Below, piece by piece: positions 33,185-42,069 of a DNA stretch of 64,000 bases. A program made the position numbers and the translations under genes. How positions within the stretch are numbered: the first letter of the stretch is position 1; every line of letters begins with the position of its first letter. The DNA lies in IMG/VR virus record IMGVR_UViG_3300006092_000137, positions 3,951 to 67,950 of that record; one strand, 5' to 3'. Below the pieces are notes generated by a model. The model ran no database searches. It had not been told where the DNA came from and saw only the letters and a program-made list of their open reading frames with translations. Source of the stretch: a virus (taxonomy: Duplodnaviria; Caudoviricetes).

Positions 33185-34108
33185 GTGAACGAGTCGGAGA
33201 CAGTAATCGAGGAAGAAGCGATGCCAGATAATATTGACCCGAACGTTACAGCTTCCGCCGTCACTTCAACTGACGGTGGACCACCGCTTGGTGCTGGCGG
33301 TGGCGCTCCTCCGATGGATACAGGGGACGAAGCAGCAGTACCGTCGCCCGCAGCGGCACGACCGGAATCCAAAGTGGTTACCGTTCCGACCTCTGCGATG
33401 CGTCGCATCAAGGAAGAAGAGTACGCACGTGGGAAGCAGTCAGCCCTGGACGAGTTGTCCTCGGGCGCGGGCTTCAAAAGCTCTGCTGACTTCATCGCCG
33501 CGCTGCAAAAGCTCAATGCTCCAGCTCAGGCCCCAACGCCTGCGCCGCAACGAGCTCAACCGCAGCAAGCTCCACAAGGGGCTGAAGATGAAACGGATCC
33601 TGCTTCTCAGCTGATGAACGACAAGGCTGAGCGACGCGAAGCAGGGAAGTACCAACGTCAGCTGGAGAAGACGCTGAACGAGCGCAACCGGTACGCTGCG
33701 CAAGCTCAGCAGTGGCAAGTCCGAGCCAAAGAGGCTCAGGCTGAAGCAGATGCAGTTCGCGCTGAGATGCACCTGCGCACCATCGCCGCGAGCGTTGGCG
33801 TGCAGGACATCGACTACGCGATCACGTTGTTCAGTCGTGAGGTCGAGCGTTTGACACCAGAAGAGGCGAACACGTTCGATGAGCGGGTGTACTTCGAAGG
33901 GCTCCGAAAAACGAAGCCCATGCTGTTCGGAGAGACGGTCGTACCTGCTACCACCGGCACTGGAACAGGAGGCGCGCCGACGCCCCCCAAGCCAGGGCAT
34001 GTGGCCGCGACCAACGGAGCGAACGGTAAGTTCGATGGCCGTAAGGCAACGCCACAGCAGCTCGCAGAAGAGCTGAAACGGCGAGGAATCACCTCCTACG
34101 GGGCGTAG
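33185..34108 (+). CDS. capsid scaffolding protein
   Basis: acidic/Pro N-terminus, coiled coil, immediately before MCP. Confidence 0.75.
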   Translation: MNESETVIEEEAMPDNIDPNVTASAVTSTDGGPPLGAGGGAPPMDTGDEAAVPSPAAARPESKVVTVPTSAMRRIKEEEYARGKQSALDELSSGAGFKSSADFIAALQKLNAPAQAPTPAPQRAQPQQAPQGAEDETDPASQLMNDKAERREAGKYQRQLEKTLNERNRYAAQAQQWQVRAKEAQAEADAVRAEMHLRTIAASVGVQDIDYAITLFSREVERLTPEEANTFDERVYFEGLRKTKPMLFGETVVPATTGTGTGGAPTPPKPGHVAATNGANGKFDGRKATPQQLAEELKRRGITSYGA

Positions 34109-34118
34109 TTTCCCGTGT

Positions 34119-34233
34119 GGGTTGAACAAGGAGCGCTTCCTCGCTTGTAGGATTTGACGTAGTGTTCGGCACAGAGATGTCTGTACGCAGTGTGTTCAAA
34201 CCGAGCAGTCAACCCCATAAGTGAGGAAGCACA
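34119..34233 (+). promoter_or_regulatory. structured MCP leader sequestering the Shine-Dalgarno
   Basis: GCTTCCTCGCTTGT (34135-48) pairs with ATAAGTGAGGAAGC (34217-30), 14 bp with two GU; nested inner helices. Confidence 0.6.
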
Positions 34234-35637
34234 ATGCCTGATTTCAGCGTAATCGCCCAGGCGCCCGAAATTCGGGCTCTGGTTCAAGACGGTATCTTGG
34301 AGCGCGCGTTCCACGATTCTCTCTTTCCCAAGCTGCTGTTCCGCAGCGAAGCCACTCCGGTCCTCTGGCCCGGAAATGTCGGCGACCGGATGATCTTCAC
34401 CGGCACCGGTCTGTTGGCGAAGAACCAGCGCCCGTTGACCCCTGGTGTGGACCCGACGCCGAAGGCGTTCGCAGCTGAGCAGTGGGAAGCCACCGCACAG
34501 CAATACGCTGACACCATCGACACGCACATGCCCACCAGCATGAACGCGATCGCCAACCTGTTCTACCGGAACGCTCAACAGCTCGGTCTGCAGGCTGGTC
34601 AGTCGATGAACGGCTTGGTGCGCAACAAGATGTACAATGCAGCCCTCTCGGGCTGGACCGTGTGCGACGGTGCTCAAGTGGCCGTCAACACCGTTCGCGT
34701 GAAGCGCCTCAACGGCTTCACCCGCGCGCGCCGCCCGGATCTTGCTGCCGGTTCGCCGGTTCGCTACGACCCCGTGTCGGCATCGAACCCGCTGCCCATC
34801 AAGATCTTCGCGGGCTCGGAGCTGAGCCGCAACGTCATCGGCTTCACCGCCGACAACGCTGGCGATGAAGTGGGCCCGGGCACCATCCTGCTCGACGGCG
34901 CGGCGGTGACCGTGACCGACCGTGACTACGTCTTCTCGACGACCGCGACCAAGATCGTGCGCGTCGGTGGCGGCAACAAGGTGGATGACGTCGGCAGCTC
35001 CGACGTGCTGAAGCTCTCGGACCTGCGGTCGGCGATCGCTCGTCTGCGTCAGCAGAACGTCCCCGAGCACCAAGACGGGTACTTCCACTGCCACTTGGAC
35101 CCGATCTCGGAAGGCCAGATCTTCGCGGACCAAGAGTTCCAACGGCTCCTGCAGTCGTTGCCGGACTACTACATGTACAAGCAGTTCGGTGTTGGCGTGC
35201 TCTTGGGCACGATCTTCATCCGCAACAACGAGTGCCCCCTCCCGGACACCGTGGTCGGCGGTTTGACCGCGACTTGGTCGCTCGACGACCCGTTCGCGGG
35301 CGAGCTGTACAACAACGGCAACGCGAGCACGGGCGTCAAGATTCACCGCCCCTTGCTCTCGGGCCAAGGTCTGGTGATGGAGTACTACCAGGACCTGGCG
35401 AACCTGCTCACCGAGGCAGGCGTCACCGGGCGCACCGCCGAGCCGCGCATCACCAACAACGGCATCGACGTGTTCACCGAGCGCATCCAGATGATCATCC
35501 GCGCCCCGATGAACCGCCTGCAGGACATGGTGGCCACCACCTGGAAGTTCATCGGCGACTGGCCGGTGCGCACGGACGGCGCGGTGGGTGACTCGGCTTA
35601 CTTCAAGCGCGTCATCGCCATCGAGCACGGCGAGTAA
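34234..35637 (+). CDS. major capsid protein
   Basis: 467 aa, extreme codon bias, follows scaffold, followed by hairpin; fold not verified. Confidence 0.85.
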   Translation: MPDFSVIAQAPEIRALVQDGILERAFHDSLFPKLLFRSEATPVLWPGNVGDRMIFTGTGLLAKNQRPLTPGVDPTPKAFAAEQWEATAQQYADTIDTHMPTSMNAIANLFYRNAQQLGLQAGQSMNGLVRNKMYNAALSGWTVCDGAQVAVNTVRVKRLNGFTRARRPDLAAGSPVRYDPVSASNPLPIKIFAGSELSRNVIGFTADNAGDEVGPGTILLDGAAVTVTDRDYVFSTTATKIVRVGGGNKVDDVGSSDVLKLSDLRSAIARLRQQNVPEHQDGYFHCHLDPISEGQIFADQEFQRLLQSLPDYYMYKQFGVGVLLGTIFIRNNECPLPDTVVGGLTATWSLDDPFAGELYNNGNASTGVKIHRPLLSGQGLVMEYYQDLANLLTEAGVTGRTAEPRITNNGIDVFTERIQMIIRAPMNRLQDMVATTWKFIGDWPVRTDGAVGDSAYFKRVIAIEHGE

Positions 35638-35660
35638 TCGCCTCCGCAGTTCAACTCTCG

Positions 35661-35701
35661 ACGGGGCCGGGCTGCTGACGGCCCGACCCCGTTGTCGTTT
35701 T
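35661..35701 (+). terminator. hairpin/terminator after MCP
   Basis: ACGGGGCCGGGC/GCCCGACCCCGT (11 of 12 bp) then TGTCGTTTT. Confidence 0.55.
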
Positions 35702-35717
35702 CAAGGAAGGGAACACC

Positions 35718-36104
35718 ATGGCGAAAGACAAGGACAAGAAGGCCCCTGCGGCGGTACCTGAGACTGCCGCGCCTGCTGCAGAGGCTCTTGCTGCGCCCCC
35801 TGCGCCCACCGTCGCGGTGACGGACCCGCTCGAGGCCAGCAAGATCGCTACCAAACCGGAAGTGGTTGTACCGGTGAAGGTGGAAGAAGCTCCTCCCCCT
35901 CTGGCGATGCCCAGCGGTGAGGTGGAGCCTGCCAAGCCCCCCGTGAAGAAGTTCTCGGTGGTGCAGGACACTACGATCTCCCTCAATGGGCAATTCGTGA
36001 AGCTCAACAAAGGCGACATCGTCAGCGAGGCGAGCTACGGCCCCCTCGGCATGCAGCGCATCATGGAGAGCAACGTCGCGTTGACGGAGTTGAAAGACGG
36101 GTAA
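35718..36104 (+). CDS. hypothetical head-associated protein
   Basis: Ala/Pro/Lys N-terminus, small globular C-terminus. Confidence 0.6.
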   Translation: MAKDKDKKAPAAVPETAAPAAEALAAPPAPTVAVTDPLEASKIATKPEVVVPVKVEEAPPPLAMPSGEVEPAKPPVKKFSVVQDTTISLNGQFVKLNKGDIVSEASYGPLGMQRIMESNVALTELKDG

Positions 36105-36106
36105 GC

Positions 36107-36652
36107 TTGAAGAAAGCCTGCCGACGATGCAATGCGGTCAAACCGGTGGAGGAATTCCACCGGCATGCCCATGGTGCGTTCGGCAGGGATTCAATTTGTA
36201 AGTCCTGCAGCAAGCTCAAGACTTACGAATGGCGGAAGGCCAACCCGGGCGGACACGCGAAGATTCAGGCGAAGTACGTAAAGAAGCACCCAGGGCGGAA
36301 AACCGCAACGCACAAAAAGTGGCGTGAAAAAAACGGTCTAGAGTACGAACGTGCGCGATATTCGCGTCGTCGAAGTAACCCGGAGCAACTTGCGGTTTAT
36401 CGGTCTGGGCAGCAAGCTGCGAGGAATCGCCGACGAGCAGCAGGGCCGCTCTCAGCGGCAACCGTGCGCGACGTGTTGAAGGACCCTTGCGCGTACTGTG
36501 GGTCGAAGGCGACGAGCGTTGATCACATTCTCCCCGTTTCACGTGGTGGCACAAATGCTAGAGAAAACCTTGCCCCCGCGTGCGCTGATTGTAATCGGCG
36601 CAAACACGCCAAAACGCCTTCAGAATGGAAGGAGATGCAAGCGTGCCCTTGA
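36107..36652 (+). CDS. HNH endonuclease with N-terminal Zn finger (likely homing endonuclease)
   Basis: CAYCG...VDHILPVSRGGTNARENLAPACADCNRRK; CRRC...CKSC. Confidence 0.92.
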   Translation: MKKACRRCNAVKPVEEFHRHAHGAFGRDSICKSCSKLKTYEWRKANPGGHAKIQAKYVKKHPGRKTATHKKWREKNGLEYERARYSRRRSNPEQLAVYRSGQQAARNRRRAAGPLSAATVRDVLKDPCAYCGSKATSVDHILPVSRGGTNARENLAPACADCNRRKHAKTPSEWKEMQACP

Positions 36653-37056
36653 CCGACGCTGAAAAGCAAAAGTGCCGCTATCACATGGGATACCCCGCGC
36701 TGACAGATGCAGCGTCGGTCTTCTACGGCGTGCCGACGATGAACCAGACCAACTTCCTGGTTCAGAGCGCGCTCAACCGTCTGCTGGAAACGTCGCTGGA
36801 CCAGGTGCGCACCATCGTCAACGTGATGGACGGCATCGAGAACCAGCTCGTTTCTGCGCAGAGCCGCTTGCGCGCAGAGAAGCTGGAAGAGCTCACATTG
36901 CGAAAAGACGAGACCGATGCCCTGGAAGGGGAGTACCGCCGTTGGGGGTACCGTCTCTCGGATATCATCGGTGCTCCCATCTACCCGTACTCGATGCGGT
37001 ACAAGGGTGGAGGAAACAACGCGGTCACCTCGGTTCCGATTTCGCGGGGTGGCTGA
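36643..37056 (+). CDS. head-tail connector/adaptor
   Basis: GGAG RBS, GTG start; LTDAEKQKCRYHMGY; position. Confidence 0.6.
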   Translation: MPLTDAEKQKCRYHMGYPALTDAASVFYGVPTMNQTNFLVQSALNRLLETSLDQVRTIVNVMDGIENQLVSAQSRLRAEKLEELTLRKDETDALEGEYRRWGYRLSDIIGAPIYPYSMRYKGGGNNAVTSVPISRGG

Positions 37057-37595
37057 TGCCTCGGTTCACAACAGTCTCATCTCGCCAAGCAAAGAACACC
37101 CTGGCACGAGACTTCGTGGACCTGGCAGACGACCTGCGCGACATGCTCACGCAGTTTGGTCTGCGCACCTACAAGGTTTCGATGGTGCGCATCGAATGGA
37201 CTGGCGGAAAACGTGGGCGTGGTACGGCCTACGTGAAAGAAGAAACCCCCATTCTTCCAACGCCGAAGATCAGCTCCCTTGATGCGCTGCAAGATATTGT
37301 TCTCAGTGCTGGTCGCACTGAGTCGGGCTCCATTGATCTTTCGCAGATCAGCGGTCGCTTTACTGAAGAGCAACTGCAGGGGTTCTCGGAGCAGGGGGAT
37401 GGCATTCCGCCCAACCAAGAGTTCTTCTATGAGATCGAGTTCTTCCCTCACGAAGGGCCTTCAAAGAAGCGGCGTTTTTTCATCAAGTCTGCCCCAAGCT
37501 ACACCCCAGGACGCCTGCAGTGGTCTGTGCGTCTGGAACGCGCGAATGATGACCGTGCTTACAATGGCAACCCTCAAGGGAACGGGGGTATCTAA
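37056..37595 (+). CDS. head closure/neck protein
   Basis: position and beta-rich pattern. Confidence 0.55.
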   Translation: MPRFTTVSSRQAKNTLARDFVDLADDLRDMLTQFGLRTYKVSMVRIEWTGGKRGRGTAYVKEETPILPTPKISSLDALQDIVLSAGRTESGSIDLSQISGRFTEEQLQGFSEQGDGIPPNQEFFYEIEFFPHEGPSKKRRFFIKSAPSYTPGRLQWSVRLERANDDRAYNGNPQGNGGI

Positions 37596-38129
37596 ATGGC
37601 CAGTACGGTCATGCGCCTCTCCCTTGCCGATCTTGCAGGCTGGTACAAGCTGCTCGGTCCACGCCTGAACAAGGCCGCTCGGCGGGGGGCCATTCGTGGG
37701 GCTTTCCGGGCCCTTTCTACGGTGCAACGGGCGGTCGGGAAGGCTCCTCCCGCCAACCCCGCTGGCATCGGTACGGGCGGTGCCTTCAACACGGGGTATT
37801 ACAAGCGCGCTTGGAAGGCCGAAGGCACCACCTACGGTGCGCGGCTCTACAACGCGGCCAAGTACGCGGGCGTGATTGAGAAGGGGCGGCGCCCAGGCAC
37901 CTTCCCTCCAACGACTGCAATTCGGGACTGGGCACAGCGACGGCTTGGGCTGACGCGCGAAGAAGCACAGCGCGCGGCATTCCCCATTGCACGGGCCATT
38001 GCAAAGCGCGGGTTAATGGCGCGTAATGTGATGGCTGACCAGATCCCCACCATTGAGAAAGACTTCACGGTCGAAGTGGAAAAAGAGCTCAACCGCGAGC
38101 TCCTCATTGTGCAACGTGGTGGGAAATGA
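37596..38129 (+). CDS. HK97 gp10-like neck/tail completion protein
   Basis: basic; FNTGYYKRAW, YAGVIEKGRRPG..PP. Confidence 0.65.
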   Translation: MASTVMRLSLADLAGWYKLLGPRLNKAARRGAIRGAFRALSTVQRAVGKAPPANPAGIGTGGAFNTGYYKRAWKAEGTTYGARLYNAAKYAGVIEKGRRPGTFPPTTAIRDWAQRRLGLTREEAQRAAFPIARAIAKRGLMARNVMADQIPTIEKDFTVEVEKELNRELLIVQRGGK

Positions 38130-38836
38130 CCGTCCCCAACCCTCCAGCCAAAGGTTCGAACGTCTCTCCCCCAGGGAAGACGAAGCTCATCACGGACAAG
38201 AGCGGTCCGCACATCGACAACGGCGTCCAGGAGACCGACATTCGCCTGGCGCTTCAGCGTGGCCTCGCGGAGTACCTGGAGCAGCTTTCGTATTCCTGCC
38301 AAAACGGGCGCACCGTGCGCTTCGCGCAGGTGACTGAGGAGTGGGCGGAGCCAGAGGAAAACGCGAAGTACCCGGCTGCGGCCATTTATACGCAGGGCCC
38401 GGGGGTATACGAAGCTCGTGCGTTGAACCCAGCGCTCAATCCCAAGCAGCGGCTGCCCCCACCGGACAACCGGTATTTGATCATCCCATCGGAGTACACC
38501 GCCAACCTCGTCATTGAGTGCTTTTCGACCGACAACGAAGAGCGTACTGCCATCATTCAGATGATGGAATCAGCGCTGAACCCTTCGTTCTGGCGCTCAG
38601 GGTTCGTGCTGGAGCTGCCCCATTATTTCAACATCCGCGCGACCTACGTGCTGAAAGAGTCTACGATCCCTGACGATGCAGAAGATGCGCTGTCTCGTCG
38701 CCGTCGTGTTCTTTTCAACCTCACCGCTCAGGGACCGTTGGTCACGCTCTTCAGCTTCCCCGACGCTAAACCGCGCCACGTACTTGAGTCTGTAGGACCG
38801 GACATTGATGTGGTAGTAACCACCAGCACTTCTTAG
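38126..38836 (+). CDS. tail terminator/sheath stabiliser
   Basis: position before sheath; YPAAAIY. Confidence 0.55.
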   Translation: MTVPNPPAKGSNVSPPGKTKLITDKSGPHIDNGVQETDIRLALQRGLAEYLEQLSYSCQNGRTVRFAQVTEEWAEPEENAKYPAAAIYTQGPGVYEARALNPALNPKQRLPPPDNRYLIIPSEYTANLVIECFSTDNEERTAIIQMMESALNPSFWRSGFVLELPHYFNIRATYVLKESTIPDDAEDALSRRRRVLFNLTAQGPLVTLFSFPDAKPRHVLESVGPDIDVVVTTSTS

Positions 38837-38846
38837 GAGAACCCCC

Positions 38847-40847
38847 ATGGCAGGTTTCATTCGGCGGTTTGGCAGCTTCCCTGGCAGTGAGACGATCACC
38901 CAAATCGAAGGTGTCATCATCGTCGATTCACCACCGCCTGGTGCAGTCGCGGGGGTGGCTACGGGTGTGGTTGCCATCGTCGGAGAATTTGCCGACATGG
39001 GTTACGCCACACAGGTGGATTCGGCTGGTGTCGTGACCACCAAGTGTGCCCCCGTCGAGATCATGAGTGGGCAGGACCTCATCGACAAAGTCGGTGGTTG
39101 GGACGTTTCCATTGGCCAGCACGGCAACAACGGTGGCAACGGTTTCGTCGGCTTGCGCAACAAGAAGTTCAGCCGCTTGATCGTCGCTCCGGTGAATTTG
39201 GCTTCCGGTGCTGCCGGACGCTTGTGGCGTGACCTGCCCACCAACCTTTCATCGACCCAAGCTGTTCCGGCAGTGCCGCTGCTCGGCGGGCGCGTTGAGG
39301 CGGGCCGAGAATTCAAGAGCTCGACCAACCGCGTGCACATGGGTAAGAAGGTTCAGTTCACGGCTCTCGGGCACTTCAAGAATGGCACTGACGGCTCTGT
39401 GACCTCGACAGGTGCCGCTGCGACGCAGACGTTGAACAGCGCTTCTGGAAGCTTCCTCACCGCGCTCAACGGAGGCCCTGTCAAAAAGGGCTGCATCGTT
39501 GTCGTGGGCGTCATTTCGGGCGCTGGCGCACTCGGGGCGAATGCTCTTCAACTGCGCGTTGTTTCTGATGCGGCTTCAGCCACGGCGCTCGTGCTGCAAA
39601 AAATGGACGGTTCGAACTTCGACTGGACCACGGGTTCGTCGCTCCCGTACCGCATCCACCCGCCCACCGATGCTGACTCGGCGGGCGACGGTGGCGTGTA
39701 CGCAGCGCTGGCGGACACCACGGGCTACAAGATCCCCTGCCGCCCGTTGGACGCCACGATTGCAGCGGCGACCAGCTGCACCCCGACCGAAGTGCCTCCC
39801 GCTGGCACCGCCAGCACCTGGGACTCGCTCTCTGGGTTGACGCTGCGCAGTCACCAGTCTTCGGGCTTCGTGTTCGACACGAACGTGCAGGCCCCCAACG
39901 CGGCCAACCACGCCAGCATCGACGCCCTGTACGTGACGGCCATCGATGCGTTGGCGCAAGACCTGGCGCCCGCTCGCGAGGTAAACATCCTCTTCAGCGC
40001 GCGCACCAGCACCGCGATTCGGGCCAAGCTCAAGAGCCACGTGCTGGACGTTTCGGCAGTCGGCGTCGGGCGTATGGCCTGCATCAGCCCGAACCTGCAG
40101 ACGGTCACCACCGCTGCGGCCACCACTGACGCAGACCCGGGTGTCGGCGCAAACCGCCAGGAGCGTGTCGTGTACTGCTGGCCGGGCGTGCAGACCTTCG
40201 TGCAGGAGGCTGCCAACGTCACCGTTGGCACCGCTGACGGCTTGTCGGTGACCACCGGCATCATGGACACCCCCGGCGACGGCTGGATGGCTGCCGTGAT
40301 GAGCAACCTGGCGCCCGAGAGGAACCCGGGCCAGGCAGCTGCGCCAGTGCCGCAGATCTTGTCCCCCGTGTTGAACCTTCAGCGCGGCTTGGGAAACCTC
40401 CAAGTGGGCGACTACATCAACCTGCGCGCGGCTGGTGTGGCAGCCTTCCGCATCGACCGTGCAGATGGTCCGGTGTTCCAGTCTGGCATCACCACGTCGC
40501 TCACCAGCGGGCAGAAGAACATCAACCGACGCCGCATGGCAGACTTCATCCAGGACAGCATTGCTGCTCGCTTGAGCCAGCTCAGCAAGCTCCCGCTGAC
40601 CCAGGACCTGAAAGACGCTGCCACGGGCGAGGTAGATGCCTTCCTGAACGGGCTGCTGTCACCGCAGAACCCTGCGGCTCAACGCATCAGTGCCTACAGC
40701 GTGGACGACAAGTCGGGCAATACCCCCGCGCTCGAAGCAGCGGGCGTCTTCGTCATCATCTCGAAGGTGCGCACGTTGGCCACCGCAGACTTCTTGGTGC
40801 TCCAAACCGAGATCGGCGAGGGCGTGGTCACCACGACCACCACCTAA
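38847..40847 (+). CDS. tail sheath protein
   Basis: 666 aa; INRRRMADFIQDSI, sheath-type C-terminus; precedes tube. Confidence 0.9.
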   Translation: MAGFIRRFGSFPGSETITQIEGVIIVDSPPPGAVAGVATGVVAIVGEFADMGYATQVDSAGVVTTKCAPVEIMSGQDLIDKVGGWDVSIGQHGNNGGNGFVGLRNKKFSRLIVAPVNLASGAAGRLWRDLPTNLSSTQAVPAVPLLGGRVEAGREFKSSTNRVHMGKKVQFTALGHFKNGTDGSVTSTGAAATQTLNSASGSFLTALNGGPVKKGCIVVVGVISGAGALGANALQLRVVSDAASATALVLQKMDGSNFDWTTGSSLPYRIHPPTDADSAGDGGVYAALADTTGYKIPCRPLDATIAAATSCTPTEVPPAGTASTWDSLSGLTLRSHQSSGFVFDTNVQAPNAANHASIDALYVTAIDALAQDLAPAREVNILFSARTSTAIRAKLKSHVLDVSAVGVGRMACISPNLQTVTTAAATTDADPGVGANRQERVVYCWPGVQTFVQEAANVTVGTADGLSVTTGIMDTPGDGWMAAVMSNLAPERNPGQAAAPVPQILSPVLNLQRGLGNLQVGDYINLRAAGVAAFRIDRADGPVFQSGITTSLTSGQKNINRRRMADFIQDSIAARLSQLSKLPLTQDLKDAATGEVDAFLNGLLSPQNPAAQRISAYSVDDKSGNTPALEAAGVFVIISKVRTLATADFLVLQTEIGEGVVTTTTT

Positions 40848-40931
40848 GTCAGTTGACGGCTGCCGAGCTTTTCGGCAGCATGTGGTGAGCAATACCGGCT
40901 TCGCCACCGAGCAGCCCGGTCGGTGGAATAG

Positions 40932-40967
40932 GGCACGGCTCCTACCTTTCGTAGGACCGTGCCTTTT
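40932..40967 (+). terminator. terminator-like hairpin between sheath and tube
   Basis: GGCACGG-C-TCCTAC/GTAGGA-CCGTGCC then TTTT. Confidence 0.55.
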
Positions 40968-41017
40968 GCCGTTTCTGGGTGCTGGGCGACCCGCTCGTCG
41001 TAGGAGGAAGCACTCAA

Positions 41018-41446
41018 ATGGCTGACCAACGCATCAAAGGGCAAGAGGTGTCGATCCTCGTCTTGAAAGACGGTGAGATCCAGCAATTCACCGACATCCA
41101 GTCGTTCGACTTCACGCAGGAGATGGAAACCACAGAAGAGGGTTACCTCGGCGAGAAGGCCAACCGGTACGACGACATGTACAAGGGGTACTCGTTCAAC
41201 ATCGAGATGCACAACAGCTCCCCTGAGCTGTTCTCCTTCTTGGAGGTGTTGAAAGACCGTGCTCAGCGCCGAACCCCAGGCGTGGTCATCAACATCAAAG
41301 CGACACTGAACTACCCGAGCGGCGAGCGTGCGCGTGTCATTCTGAACGACGCTTTCTTCGACTCGAGCGGCATCAATTTTGGTGGGCGCGACCAATACGG
41401 TTCCACCACGATCCCTGGCAAGGGATCCGAATTCCGCGTCATTTAA
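41018..41446 (+). CDS. tail tube protein
   Basis: GGAGG RBS; 142 aa directly after sheath. Confidence 0.8.
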   Translation: MADQRIKGQEVSILVLKDGEIQQFTDIQSFDFTQEMETTEEGYLGEKANRYDDMYKGYSFNIEMHNSSPELFSFLEVLKDRAQRRTPGVVINIKATLNYPSGERARVILNDAFFDSSGINFGGRDQYGSTTIPGKGSEFRVI

Positions 41447-41485
41447 GAGCGGGACAACCCGAAGTAGAGGCTGGAGGCAGCACAC

Positions 41486-41839
41486 ATGAGCGGCAAGGAA
41501 GCACGACCGGTGTACGTGTTCAAGATCCCCGAAAAGCTGAGCGCGGCAGTGGGGATCAAACAGTTGGGCATGGTCGCCCTCACAGGCGAAGAAGAGCTTG
41601 CTGCGTTTGCGCGCGGCAAGAAAGACAACGCCAAGCTGGCAGCGGAGCTCGCCAAGACTTCGCTGGTGGAGTGCGATGGCAAGCCGCTCTCCTTGGGAGA
41701 CGGGTCAGTTGACACGTTCTGGAAGACGAGCGACCCGCGCATTCGCCACCTGATCACGACCGCGTACACCAAGATTCACGCGGTGGAGGACGACGACGAG
41801 AGCGATTTTCTCAGCAGCCAGGAAGTGCGCCTAGCGTAA
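41486..41839 (+). CDS. tail assembly chaperone (G)
   Basis: between tube and tape measure; acidic end DDDESDFL. Confidence 0.75.
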   Translation: MSGKEARPVYVFKIPEKLSAAVGIKQLGMVALTGEEELAAFARGKKDNAKLAAELAKTSLVECDGKPLSLGDGSVDTFWKTSDPRIRHLITTAYTKIHAVEDDDESDFLSSQEVRLA

Positions 41840-42060
41840 CCTATCCTGGCTTCGCTCTGACGCTGGAGCGTCAACATGCCAAGCGCGGGAGGTACGACAA
41901 ACGCATTTGGAAGCTCGTCGCCTTCCTCGCTCGGTATGGAAACCAACCAGCAGATGTCTGTTTGAAGATGCAGACGAACGACATGGTGAAGTTGGCAGAC
42001 GCAGTTGGTGAGCTGTTGGAAGACGAAGCAAAAGCGGCAAACCCGAAGCGCGGTAAATGA
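41803..42060 (+). CDS. -1 frameshift extension of tail assembly chaperone (GT)
   Basis: -1 frame open from GATTTTC (41804-10) to TGA 42060: ...RIWKLVAFLARYGNQPADVCLKMQTNDMVKLADAVGELLEDE; not in supplied ORF track. Confidence 0.6.
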   Translation, partial: RFSQQPGSAPSVTYPGFALTLERQHAKRGRYDKRIWKLVAFLARYGNQPADVCLKMQTNDMVKLADAVGELLEDEAKAANPKRGK

Positions 42061-42069
42061 GGTGGTTCG

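Noticed and set aside
34096-35628. 510-aa minus-strand ORF (also 1751-2839, 39576-40403, 14146-15048 and similar)
   Set aside because: Antisense shadows of strongly GC3-biased genes (MCP, terL, sheath); no motifs or RBS.
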